DNA from: Basidiobolus meristosporus CBS 931.73
Lineage: Eukaryota; Fungi; Basidiobolomycota
Length of the DNA stretch: 64,000 bases
Direction of reading: 5' to 3'
NCBI GenBank assembly: GCA_002104905.1
Contig: MCFE01000187.1
Coordinates: forward strand, 1-64,000
The position numbers and the translations under genes are program-made. How positions within the stretch are numbered: position 1 is the first letter of the stretch; each line of letters begins with the position of its first letter. The notes beneath the pieces were generated by a model, which worked only from the letters and a program-made list of their open reading frames with translations, searched no databases and was not told the origin of the DNA. Of the stretch, positions 46,101 through 59,900 are shown one piece after another.

Positions 46101-47879
46101 ATCGTGGGTGATTTCGGATGTCGGTTTGCATGCTTTCGGAATCCCGCTTGGCCTTTTGCATAGATCACAAAAATCCACCGTAACACAATATCACTTGTTA
46201 GCGTTCGGATGTTGGTTCTTCTTCACCTCCCATGGTAAAAAAGGCACTAAGCCTCTCTATCACATGGGGCCTCACTCGGAGACGCACAAGAATCTTTCCC
46301 CAACAGACAATCAAGTCGGCCTGTGGCAGCTTGGTGAAGCCAGTCTCATAAATATCATCATACCATTAGATCTCCCTGTTGGTCGATATGCAGTTGGGGT
46401 TACGTAGCATACACAGTTAATATAGGTGGCCGGGTGATATTCCATTCACCTGCCAAATCCACCCCCAGAGATTAGAAATGCATGGCTGAGTTGGGTATGC
46501 ACAGGCGTATTTTCCTTAAGCTCGGTGGGTGGTGATCCAGCCACCAATGAGCATTGCCAAAGACCATGACCATCATTGCACCATTTCGCATGACTGGCAA
46601 CAGGTGGCTGATATGTTGGCTGCCATACTTGAGCTCCAATCAGAACTACTCAATAAGTACTAGTGTCCAGTACAAGAAATCTGGATGCATTGTTTGTTGG
46701 ACAACGACAGCCCGGCATTATTTACCTGACATATTGGGATGGATTGGGTTGTGCAAGTGATAGCCCAGTGGAAAGCTAAATTCAGTGAATGTCGGATGTG
46801 GTAGAATCCTAGATTGATGGCGGATAATCGATATGAAGATCGGCTGGGAGGGATTTGCAAATCAATCTCCATATGGGGAGCATTGGTATGGCAGCACCAT
46901 AGTCACGCCCACCAACCTGAGTAGTAGAGCACCGGCAGTTCTACTGCCAAATTTCATGAGTGTTTGTTGCGTTTAGGGTCGACTTGGCAGGATCAGAGGA
47001 GCAGTAGATGCATATACCCGTGAGTGTCTAATTTGACAGGACGGAAATGTACAGTCAATGATGATTCTATGTTATAGTAACTAGAAAGCTAATATCAACT
47101 GAAGGAGGGACGGGATCGTTCGTATCCACTATACAGTTATATCACTTACCGCATCTTATTCAATTAGGATTGGTGTAATGCTCCTGGTTACCATTTGCAA
47201 TCATTCTGTATACTTTATACATTCATTCTGTAAAAAGTATACAGATGGTGCGTTTTCTTTGGTTTTTAGGAAACAGATATGAACCCTTCAAGTGACTTCG
47301 CGGGTCGAGCTGATGGTTTCCAATCAATTAGGCTCTTTGAAATCCAAATACAAGAGTCACTACTAAACTCGCGCAAGCCATAATCAATTCGTACAGTTTT
47401 GTGCTAGACAGTGCTGTAGGCGTACTAGATTATAATATCATATTTGCTAACGCTGATGTGCAGATCATCTCCACATCTTATGGGAATAGAATTGGGATTT
47501 GAGCCTGTGTAATGTTCCAGGTTATTAAGGCCCCTGACCAGTTGTAGTATTCTACCAACGCTGACAGAATGAATGGGTTTTGTTTGGATTTGAGGTAATA
47601 GGAATGGCCCCATCACGATTCATCGATTGACAGATCATGCCAAATACAGAAGTGGTTTGGAAGGTCAGATTATAGATTTTGAGCTATTCTAATGCTTAGG
47701 AAACCAAATTCAAGAATCGCCACCAAGTCTGCATATGGCTCCTAATCATATTTCGCCTAACACGAATGGTACATGTCGTATGGGGCAACAAGTGGCGAAT
47801 ATCCAATGTAGAATAAGCTAGGAGCCAACCCTGGTATCCCAATGGATTGAGAAACATCGGCCGGGGAACCATTCTCAGC

Positions 47880-47886
47880 TATAAAA
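47880..47886 (+). promoter_or_regulatory. Putative TATA box of NRPS2
   Basis: TATAAAA followed by GCCAT, 55 nt before the ATG at 47935; CCAAT motifs upstream at about 47804 and 47840. Confidence 0.6.
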
Positions 47887-47934
47887 GCCATACTCCCAAG
47901 TGTTTTTGTGCACCATCTACTGGAAGTCCCAACA

Positions 47935-50900
47935 ATGAACTCATTGAATACTAGCGTTTGCCAATTCCCACATTTGCTGGCTCGTGAGTCAGAGCAAATT
48001 GCTGCGATGGTTGAGTTTCATGCTAGTGAAATCATAGTCCTAGACTTGAGTTCGATCCACCAGTTTACTGCTTTCCAAGGGGCTGCTGACATTGAAGAGG
48101 CCTTGATAATCGCTACCTGGGTAATTATGCTGAACTCGTATACTGGAAGCTCAGACATTACCTTCGGGACAGGCTTTCCTCATCGAGAATCATCAGGGTT
48201 GTTTTTGAAGGATTTGCGAGTCTTCCAGTCAACTTATGATCAAGAAATCGAAAAACTGTATGTTTGGAGCTGGCTAAAGCATATAGCAAATACCCATATT
48301 CAGGGTGTCAGTTCCAAAGATACTGCCGCCTTCAGTATCCGAGATGCCCTCAATTTCAACACTTACATTATCTTCAATGAAAAAATAGGCTCAATAGATA
48401 TGAGCAATCTTAAGGTATTGTACTATTTACATGAAAGATGCGTTATTATAAATGCTGAAGTTCTCCACTTTGATAAGCAATTTGCCATCTGCATAGAAGG
48501 GTACTTGTGTAAGAGTAGCATGACTATTCGTATGATTTTCGCAAACAGCTATCTCCAACAAGACCACGGGGTGTTACTTGTCGATCAATTTACTCATATT
48601 GCTAAAACACTGCTTAACAATCTTGATGCACCCTTGAATACTCTCAATTGGACTCCTGAAAACGAAAAACACTTATTCTTGACTGAATGGCAGCAAGGCA
48701 AGCCGAATTATGTTCAAGTACTTGATGATAGTTGCATCCATCATCTGATTGAGGAGCAAGTCAAGAGGACACCAAATAGTATCGCCCTTCAATTTGAGGA
48801 CAAAGAATTGGTCACATACTCAGAGTTGAACAAACGGGCCAATAAGCTTGCTCATACGCTGATCCAGATTGGTGTACAACCCGACAACGTGGTACCAGTA
48901 TGCATCGAGAAATCCATCCATATGGTGGTTGCTATCCTGGCGGTCCTTAAGGCCGGGGCTGCCTATGTGCCCCTCGATCCTGAATACCCAAAAGATCGGA
49001 TTCATTTCATCATACGAGATACAAATGCTAGTGTTTGTATCACCACAAGCAATTTGCAGAGGATGTTTGCTGAGGGACAAACCCTTCGATCGCTGACGGT
49101 GGATGAGTTCGATTTCTGTGGTGACGAGCGGTCCGAGTTGAACCCCGTCATCCCTGGGTTGAAGTCCTCAAATCTTTGCTACCTAATCTTCACCTCAGGC
49201 TCCACCGGAAAGCCCAAAGGTGTTATGCTAGAACACCGTTGCGTCGTCAATTACGTAGCTGCTCACCAGAAGATTCTGGATTTGTCCCAGGATGACCGGT
49301 TCCTCCAGTTCGCCAACTACACCTTTGATGCGTCCATACTTGATCTGTTCGTGAATCTGACCACTGGATCCCGTCTATGCTTGGCATCGAAGAACAATTT
49401 GCTCACAGATCTCCCCGGAATGATGAACCTGATGAAGGTTACTGCAGCACAGCTGACCACAACCGTGGCTTCCCTGGTGGATCCGAGCTCCGTGCCTACG
49501 CTCAAGCTACTTCAGCAAGGAGGTGAGATGCTCACCAAATCCGTAAGGGATGCTTGGGCCAGCAAAGTCAAGTTGCATAATGGCTACGGCCCGACCGAAA
49601 CCGCAGTCTACACCATCATCAAGCAGTCATTGAAGCCATCGACCTCCTGTGCCAATATCGGGTGGCCCATTGGCCGCAGCAAAGTTCTCATCCTGAATGA
49701 TAGGTTGGAGCTGATCCCATTGGGGGCAGTGGGTGAGCTTTGCATTGGTGGACCACAGCTTGCTCGAGGATATCTCAATCGACCTGATCTGACGGAAAAG
49801 AGCTTCGTCAGCTCCCCATTCAATCATGGCGAACGACTGTACAGAACAGGGGATCTGGGAAGATTCAACCCCGATGGCTCGATCACCATCCTTGGGCGGA
49901 AGGATAATCAAGTCAAGTTGAACGGGCTGAGAATAGAAATAGAGGAAATAGAGCATGTATTGAACCAATCCCCAGAGGTTAGCCGCGTATCGGTCAGACT
50001 GTTGAATCGGAAGTCGAAGACATCCAAGGTGAGTAAAGTGCTGGTGGCTTTTGTAACTTTCGTCAACAAAATGTCCGATGAAGAGTCAGTATCTGTTCTT
50101 GAGTTGACAAGCTGCCCAGAAGTGGGTCAAGTACAAGAGTCTGTTCGAAAACAGCTTCCACCATATATGGTGCCTACAGTGTGGGTGCCGTTGACAAAAA
50201 TGCCCATCAATACTAGCGGAAAGACCGACTTGAAGACTTTGGAACTCTTGTACACAAGCCTCGAAACTGCTCAAGACGTCAAAGAGGCCAAAGACATGCC
50301 CACCTCCGCGATGGAAGTGCTACTGCAAGAGGCTTGGGGTGAGGTGTTGAATGTTGAAAAGTCTTCCATCGGCACTGGTGACTCCTTCTATCATTTGGGG
50401 GGCGACTCGATCTCCGCCATCCAAATATCCGCCCAATGCCGTCAAAATGGGGTGGAGGTGTCTGTCCAGAGCATATTGCAACACCCCACCATCCGTCAGC
50501 TGGCAAACTATGCTCGGTTCACGACATTGGCGCTAGAGAAGCAGAGCATAGAGGAGGATGAGGAGGAGGATTGGAGTGACATTCCGTTCACCCCAATCCA
50601 GCACCAGTTCTTTGGTGTCACCCAGCCTGAAGTCAATCACTTCCATTTGTCGTGGTTGGTGAGTGTCAGGCATCCAATCGAGCTACCTGCACTGAGAGGT
50701 GCGCTATTTGAGCTGATTGGCCATCACGATATGCTCAGGACTCGTTTCACCCAAGAACTAGGTCGCTGGAGACAATGGCTGGCTTCCAATGAACAGACTA
50801 ATTTCGAGGTGCAGCGGCATCGAGTCTCTGGTGTTGAAGAGCTGAAGTCGAGTGTACTGAAAACACAACGAAGCCTCAACGTTGAGACCGGGCCAGTATC

Positions 50901-53900
50901 ATCGTTTGTGATCTACGATCTACCATCCGGTGAGCAGCTGCTATTCATGACCATCCATCATTACATCATTGATCTTGTTTCGTGGCGTATCTTTTGGGAG
51001 GATCTGGAAAAGCTGCTGAGCGGACAGTCCTTGTCATACAAAACACTGTCATTCAGAAAGTGGAGCAAGCTGCTACAAAAGCACGCAGAGTCCTTGACGA
51101 GTGAGGACTGGCCGCAACAAGCGCTAATCGAGCCGTTGGATATTGATATGTCCAAGCTTTCTCTGAATACCATGGAAACGGTAGAAACATTATCGTTCAC
51201 GCTGGATAGTGAGTACACTGCCCTCATGTTCGGTAGAAGCAATGATGCTTACGGGACGGAGGCCGTTGACTTCATGCTTGCCACTCTCGCCACCTCATAC
51301 TGTGATGTGTTCCAGACCGATTCGATTACCTTTGCAACGGAAGGTCACGGACGTGAGCCATGGGATGACTCCATCGATGTGTCCCGGACAATTGGATGGT
51401 TTACCTCCATTTATCCAGTCACCATCCAGCGCAAGCGTGGGGATTCTCTGATTGACGTACTGAAGCAGACTAAAGATACCCGTCGAGCAATTCCTAACCA
51501 CGGATTGGACTATGGACTTCTTCGCTATCTAAACTCGGAGCTATCCTCTAGATATAGTAGCGATCGCTTCCAGGTTGGCTTCAATTATTTTGGACGCTTC
51601 CAGCATCTGGAGAAGGGTCGCTCTCTGTTCCAGCAAGCTGCGGAGCAGTACACGTTCGATTTGAATATGATTGGTCCCAAGTGGAGAAGAATGAATGCTA
51701 TCGAGGTTGAGGTCACCGTACAACGTGACAATCTGAGTGCCTCGATATCTTACAGCAACCAGCTACATCATGAGAAGCAGATCAGCCAATGGCTGCAGGC
51801 ATGGAAGAGGGACTTGATGGAGGCAGTCCAGATTAGTGGCAACAAGAAGAAGAGAGAACTGACCGTCTCAGACATCCCGTTGCTCTGCCTCAATGCTCAT
51901 CAATTGCACGGACTGTTGGAAGAGGTTGCTGCAAAATGTGGCGAAGAGTTTGTGCAAAACATAGAGGACATGTATCCCTGTTGCGCAATGCAGGAGGGCC
52001 TGATCGTCGGGAATGCCCGCTCAGCCTCATCGTATCATGTTCAAGATGTGTACACTCTGCCGGATGGAGTGGACGAGGAACAACTTCTCTCAGCCTGGAG
52101 ATCCACAGTCAATGATCTACCCATACTGCGCACCGTGTTTATCGAGAATTCTTACTCCTCACCCACGTTAGGAGCATATCTCCAAGTCGTTCTGCGACAT
52201 GTTGATGTCGATTTCCAGCGCATATATCCAGAGAGTCAGGATATCGAAGATGCTGCACTGAACAAATATCTGGAAGCTGATGTAGCCAAAGGATTTCCGC
52301 TTGGCCGGCCCAACATACGATTATGCTTGATACAGGGTGAGAAGAATCGGATGATTATCAGTCGTCATCATGCTATCAATGATGGTTGGTCGGACAAAAT
52401 CACCATGGCCTACTTGGAAGCCGTCTTTAACAGTACTTCAAGGCCAGCAGTGATCCCATACAAGGAGTATATCTCCTATTGCGTTAAGCAGAATGGCTCA
52501 TTGAGCAACGAAGAGGGTGCTGAGTACTGGTCAACCTATCTAGCCGGTATTGATGCCAGCATCTTTCCTAAGCTTGGTGAGACAAATGCCCGTGCTGGTC
52601 ATCACCAAGTTGTGTTCAGATCACAAATTCCCATGCAGGTGCTGAAGGACTTTTCGAAGAAGGCCGGTGTAACCACGCTTACCTTATTACAGGCAGCTTG
52701 GGGAATGATATTGCAGCCCTACTATGGAAAGGAGGACTTCGTGTATGGCGTGCTCACGAATGGCCGCAATATTTCCATGAAGCAGATCAATCACGTAGTT
52801 GGTCCGTGCATCAACACCACCCCATTAAGGATTCAGTGTCATCCAAGCACCAAGATCATGGATTGGCTAAGATCACTGCATCAAAGCATGGTGGCCCGGA
52901 TTCCATACGAGCATTGTGGTCTAAGACTGATCAAGCAATGGTGCAAACAGAGGAATTCCCAGGTCGGTTTTGATGCTATTCTCAACTTTCAGTTGTCCGA
53001 GAAAGATGATGCAAGGCAAAAGGTGACCTTCGAAATGGAGAGAATAATCGAGCCCACTGAGTATAGGCTTTGTCTTAACGCATGGAAAGAAGGGGATAAG
53101 CTCGCCTTCAGGTTGGACTTTGACAATGCTACACTGACCAGCCACCTGGCCAATCATTTACTAGATCGCTTGGACGCTGTGATTGGTGCCATTGCTGTTG
53201 CTGATGGTGAATCTACCGTTGCTGACATTCCATATATGTCAAATGTGGAAAGCAGCTTGATCCAGTCATTCGCTACTGGTTGCAATCAAGTCGATCCCAC
53301 GTTGGAATGTTTGCACCACTTATTTGAAAAGCAGGTGGCAAAGACACCCAACAACATTGCCATCCGTTATGAGAGTGATCAGCTTCTTACCTACAATGAC
53401 CTTAACAAGCAATCGAATCGGTTGGCCCACTACCTGGTTAGTCAAGGAGTTGGACCAGAGTCAATTGTGATGTTGTGTCTGGACAAATCGGTAGAAATGA
53501 TAGTGGCTATGCTGGGAGTGCTCAAAGCTGGAGGCGCGTACGTACCAATAGACCCAGCAAGTCCTGTTGAGAGATCGAGATTTGTACAGAGGGAAACAAA
53601 GGCATCGATTGTAATAACTAAAAGCTTGCTCAAGGAGAAATTCGAAGACATCGCTCTGGTGTTAATTGACAGCGAAATAAGTGTATTCAGTACCTATCCA
53701 TTTGATAATCTACGCAGCAGGGAAGTCACCGAAAAAAATCTATGCTATATATTGTACACCTCAGGGTCGACGGGAACACCGAAGGGTGTGATGCTGGAGC
53801 ATTCTTCCGTGGTCAGTTTCATTCATTCAATCCACCAAAGGTATCAACTTACCGCTGAAGACTCGATTCTGCAGTTTGCCAACTACACCTTCGACGCATC

Positions 53901-56900
53901 TGTATTTGAAATCTATGCACCGCTGGCTATTGGCGCGTCTGTGGTCATGGCACGCAAGGATTATCTGCTTACGAATCTAGAGGATTGGGTCAACAGACTG
54001 AGGGCAACATTTTTGATGCTGACCCCCACCATTGCAACCATGGTCGACCCACTCAAGGTGCCTTCGGTGAAGCACCTGATGTTCATTGGTGAGATGCTGA
54101 CAACCACCGCGCGCAACATCTGGTCACCTCATGTTGAGATCAGTAATGGCTATGGCCCGACTGAATCCACTGTTCTCATGACAGTCAACACTCGGATGGA
54201 TTCAGCCACATCGTGCTCGAATGTCGGACTACCCGTTGGTAACAACAGAATATACATTCTTGGTGCTGACCGCCAACCGGTGCCACTTGGAGTGGTTGGT
54301 GAACTCTGTGTAGCTGGTCCTCAATTAGCTCGGGGCTATCTTAATAGACCTGATCTCACTGGGAAGGCATTTGTCCCTGGTCCATTTGTGTCTGAGGAGC
54401 GCCTGTACTGTAGTGGAGATCTTGCTCGATTCAATGCGGATGGATCAGTGGAGCTGATTGGGAGAATAGACAATCAGGTCAAGATTCACGGATTGCGGAT
54501 TGAATTAGATGAGATAGAGCATGCCCTTCACGAATACCCCAGAGTGGCCAGAGCATGTGTAATTCCACTGGTCACTGATGCGGAGACGAATCATAAATCA
54601 TTGACTGTCTTTATTACATTCCATGATCTAATTGACTCTAGTCTCGCATTATGTACACCTGGGGGAAATAACAGTGTATTACTTGCTTCCTATGCCAAGG
54701 AGGCCAGATCGCTTATCAGGAAGAAACTACCCTCCTATATGATTCCTAACATCTGGGTGCCACTCAATAATATGCCCTTCACGGCTAGTGAGAAGATTGA
54801 TCGAAAAATGCTGGTATCTCTTTTTGCCACTTTTTCCAAAGACGATTTGATGCTTTTGAGTATTTCTGATGACGTTAGTCACGTTGGGCCTAGAACAGTA
54901 GTGGAGCAGAATTGGACGAAACTCTGGTCATCGGTGCTCAATATTCCTGCCAATGCTATAGGTGTTCATGATTCGTTCGTTAATCTTGGAGGTGACTCTA
55001 TTTTGGCCATCAGATTGGTGGGGGCTGCTCATAAGGCTGGATATGCCTTAACCGTACAGGATCTATATACTTATCCAACCATAGCTGAGATTGCCGAGAC
55101 TAGTGTGCTTGTTGATTCGGATATATTGGCAGCCAAGACCATTGCGCGGTATTCACTTCTCAACCTTGATCCAGCTCAACTTGAATACCTGCTTGAGTGT
55201 GACTTACGCCCAAATGGCATAAACTATGATGACGTGGAAGACATGTATCCATGTTCACCTATGCAAGAAGCGCTGATGGCCCTGAGTATAAAAGACCAAT
55301 CCAGCTATCTCACTCGGCAAGTTTACAGATGTGGACCTAATGTGGACATCGAACGACTTCGTGCTTCCTGGCAAACCGTTATCGAGGCCAATCCTATTCT
55401 ACGAACAGTCATTATTTTCAGTACCTCTGGTATTACGCATCTCAATGGTATACAAGTTGTACTTCGTGGTGAAGGTATGGAGTGGAATGTCCATGAGTAT
55501 GAAGATAATGCCTCTCTGGAAAGCAGTCTACCTCAAGCTTTAGCTGAAGACAAATCAAGAGGAATTCGCCTTGGTCAGCCCCTGATCCGGTTCAGTCTAC
55601 TGAAGTCCAAGGAAACTACTACATACCTCATATGGACTATTCACCATGCACTGTATGATGGTTGGTCCATGAATCATATAATAACTGATGTTATTACAGC
55701 ATACCAGGGCCACGACCTGTCGGTCAGACCATCTTACAGTGAATATATCAAATACCTCATGAATCAAGACAAGAACGAATCTCTTTGGTTCTGGAAAAAT
55801 ACACTTGATTCCACCACTGAGACTTACTTAGTGAGAGGTATACCTACTCCTGGAGCGACATCACTGCCCTCCAGGGTTAGTGAAAAGCTTCAGGTTGATT
55901 TCTCATCCATAACCAGCGTTCATAATATTACAGCAGCCAGCATTGCTTACTTGGCCTGGGCACTTGTGCTAAAGGTCCATACTGGTAGTTCTGATGTGGT
56001 ATTTGGAGTGGTGAACTCCGGAAGAAGTATTCCCCTTCATAACATTCAAGATATTTGTGGACCGTGCATCACGACGTTACCAATCCGTGTTACTTTCTCG
56101 GATAACGTGTCGCTTTTGGAAATACTACAGTCGATCCATGGTACGCAGATACAGCAATACCGCTACCAATCCATCAGCCTGCAGGAAATTCTCGAGCATT
56201 GCCACCACGTGGGAGAAAAAGCCCTTTTTGATTCCCTTTTGGTAGTTCAAAACATCCCTCAGAAAAGTGAGGATGAAGGATTGGCTACAATCGGACTCCA
56301 TAAATCAATAGCCTCAATGCCAATTGACTATCCAATTGTTATGGAAATCAATATTACTGGAACCATCCACAGTGTTGATCTCACTTATGACGAGCAAGCG
56401 GTGACTACGTTTGAAGCAACTTGGATAATGAAGCACTTCGTGGAAGCTATCAAAGTGATTCTACATAATCTTAACAGCACAGTGAAAAGTGTTCGCCTAT
56501 TGACATGGGAGGAAACTTCAATAATGCAGAATTGGAATCTGATTGAACAAATACAAAACAAGTTGTGTTGTATCCATGAGTTATTCGAGCAGCAAGCACT
56601 CCTCCATCCAGATAATTGGGCTCTTCAATTTGAAGATGAGGTTTCCGTAAGCTATTCAGATTTGAATCGAAGAGCTAACCAGCTGGCTCATCATTTGATC
56701 AAGCTTGGTGTCCGTCCAGAGTCAATGGTGCCCTTGTGCCTTGACAAATCTGTCGAAATGGTAGTGGCAATGCTTGCTGTTCTCAAGGCTGGTGGTGCTT
56801 ATGTTCCCCTTGACCCGAACAATCCAGTCGAGCGCAACAGATTCATCCTTGCCGAGACAAATGCACAGGTTGTAGTGACACTGGATGTGTACAGATCCAC

Positions 56901-59900
56901 TTTCGACACAGCGACTGTGGTGCTCCTTGACTCCGACCTGGATCGTATTCGCACAAATCCCGAGGATAATCCCGAGGTCACTGGCTTGAGTAGCTCGAAC
57001 CTTTGCTACGTTCTGTTCACCTCTGGCTCAACCGGAACACCGAAGGGAGTGATGCTAGAGCACGCCGCGGTGGTTAGCTTCATTCACGCAATCCAACAAG
57101 AGTACGACTTCAGCCCCAAAGACTCGATACTGCAGTTCGCCAACTACACCTTCGATGCTTCGGTGTTCGAGATATACGTTCCCCTTGCCATTGGAGCTTC
57201 CGTAGCTATGGCACGAAAGGACTACCTACTCACGGATCTTGAGGAATGCATCAGGGAGCTGAGAGCAACATTTTTGATGCTGACCCCTACAATTGCTACC
57301 CTGATTGACCCACTTGAGGTCCCATCGGTACGGAACCTGATGTTCATAGGGGAGATGCTGACAACCACTGCACTGAACAAGTGGTCGCCGTATGTCGACC
57401 TGAGCAACGGTTACGGGCCGACTGAGTCGGCAGTCCTGACGACTGTCAACACGCATATGAGCTCGACTACCTCATGCTCGAATGTAGGCAAGCCAATCGG
57501 AAACAATAGGCTCTATGTTCTCGGTGACGACAACTACCCTGTTCCGTTCGGAGTGGTGGGTGAGCTTTGTGTTGCTGGATCCCAGCTCGCTCGGGGCTAT
57601 CTGAACAGACCTGATCTGACGGATAGCGCGTTCATCACAAGCCCGTTCGTGTCGGCAGAACGTCTGTATAAGACTGGGGACCTTGCTCGATTCAATAGTG
57701 ACGGATCGGTGGAGCTGGTTGGGAGAAAAGATAACCAGATCAAGATTCATGGGCTGAGAATCGAGTTGGATGAAATCGAGCATGCTCTCCATCAGCACTC
57801 CAAAGTCGCCAGAGCGTGTATTGTTCCTTTGGTCACTGACAAAGCCACTGATCACAAATCACTGGTTGCCTTTGTGACTTTCAACGACCTCACTGACAGC
57901 AACTCACCGGTTGGTCTGATCGAGGAAAGTAACGACCAGAAGGTTGTAGAGTACTTCAAGGAGATCAAGTCGCTTGTCCGAAATAAGCTGCCTACTTACA
58001 TGATGCCCAGTACATGGGTTCCTGTGAGTAGAATGCCTACCACAACGAGTCAGAAGACGGATCGAAAGAGTCTAGCTGCACTGTATGCATCCGTGGATAA
58101 GGAGGATTTGATGAAGTGGAATCATTCTGACGCCTCTGGCCACGTTGGAGCAAGAACAACAATGGAGGAGAGCTGGGCGGAGCTCTGGTCGGCGGTTCTC
58201 AAGATCTCTCCAGATACGATTGGATCGCACGACTCTTTCTTCAGTCTCGGAGGTGACTCTATCCTAGCCATCAGGCTGGTGGGTGCTGCTCATAAGGCTG
58301 GGTTCACGCTGACAGTCCAGGATCTATATTTACATCCTACTATTGCCGAACTGGCATCCACCTGTCTCCCTCTGGGGCCAGAGATCATGGACACTAGACC
58401 TGTGGAGAAGTATTCCTTGCTCAACCTTGATCTTGAGCAGCTTGGCTATTTGATGGAGCACGAACTGCCCCAGCATGACATTATGCCTGACGATGTCGTT
58501 GACATCTACCCCTGCTCTCCGATGCAAGAAGCGCTTGTGGCTCTGAGCCTACAAGACAGCTCGAGCTATGTCAGCCAGCTTGTGTACAAGTGTGAAGGCA
58601 ACGTGGACCTGGAGCGACTTCGCGCCGCCTGGCACTCGGTGATTGAAGCAAACCCCATTCTTCGAACAGCGATCTTGTTCACCACTAGTGGCTTTGCTCA
58701 TCTGAATGGCCTACAGGTTGTTCTTCGTAGCAAGAGCATAGAGTGGGACGTTCAGGAGTATGAGGATGCCACCTCGCTTGAAAACAGCTTGGCTCGAGCT
58801 TTGGAAGCTGACAGGTCTAAAGGAGTATCTGTGGGGCAACCACTGACTCGGTTCGCTTTGCTGAAGACCGCAGGCCCGAATGCATACCTCGTATGGACCA
58901 TTCATCATGCCTTGTACGATGGCTGGTCCATGAATCACATCGTGTCGGATGTAGTGGCTGCCTATCAAGGTCATGATTTGCCGGCCAGACCACCGTACAG
59001 CATGTACATCAACTACCTGTTAGACACGGACAAGAGTCAAGCCATCAAATACTGGCAAGAAACCCTTGGCTCGGCAACCCCTACTCATTTGGCCCGTAGT
59101 TCTCCCACTGCAGCGGAGACTCAGTTGCCGTCGACAATTGTGGAGAATATCCAGGCGGATTTCAGGTCACTTGCAAGCGAGCATAACCTGACGGTAGCCA
59201 CCATTGCGTATTTAGCGTGGGCCCTAGTGCTGAAGTGTCACACTGGTAACCCAGATGTAGTGTTTGGTGTGGTGGATTCCGGAAGAAGCGTTCCTCTCCA
59301 GCATGTCCAAGATATATGTGGGCCCTGTATCACGACATTGCCCATGCGCATCAATCTATCGGATACTCAATCCCTTTTGGATGCTCTAAAATTGATTCAG
59401 AGTTCCCTGACACATCAAAAACTATACCAGTCAATTGGTTTGCAAGATATCCTCAAGCAGATTGGTATGGCGGCTGAAAGCTCGCTGTTTGATACACTCT
59501 TGGTAGTTCAAAACATCAACTTAGATAATGATGCCACAGACTTGACTTCCATTGGGCTGCAACAGTCAGCAACTTCGATGCCAATTGATTACCCTGCCCT
59601 AATTGAAATCAGTTTGAAAGGGTCCAATCTGCAGGCGAGTCTCACTTACCAAACCCAAATATTTACGGAATTTGAAGCAACATGGATTGCCAAGCACTTT
59701 GTTGAGGCGATGAGGTTGATACTACGTGATAGCAGCGCATTGGTTAAAGATGTAAGCATTAGGACTGAGGAGGAGATAATATCAATCAAAAGATGGAGTA
59801 CGGCTGGCTCTGTCAAGAATAGTTCCGAATTTATTCACGAGTTGATTGAGCAGCAAGCCTTACTTCGCCCGGAACAGGTTGCAATTCAATTTGAAGAGAC

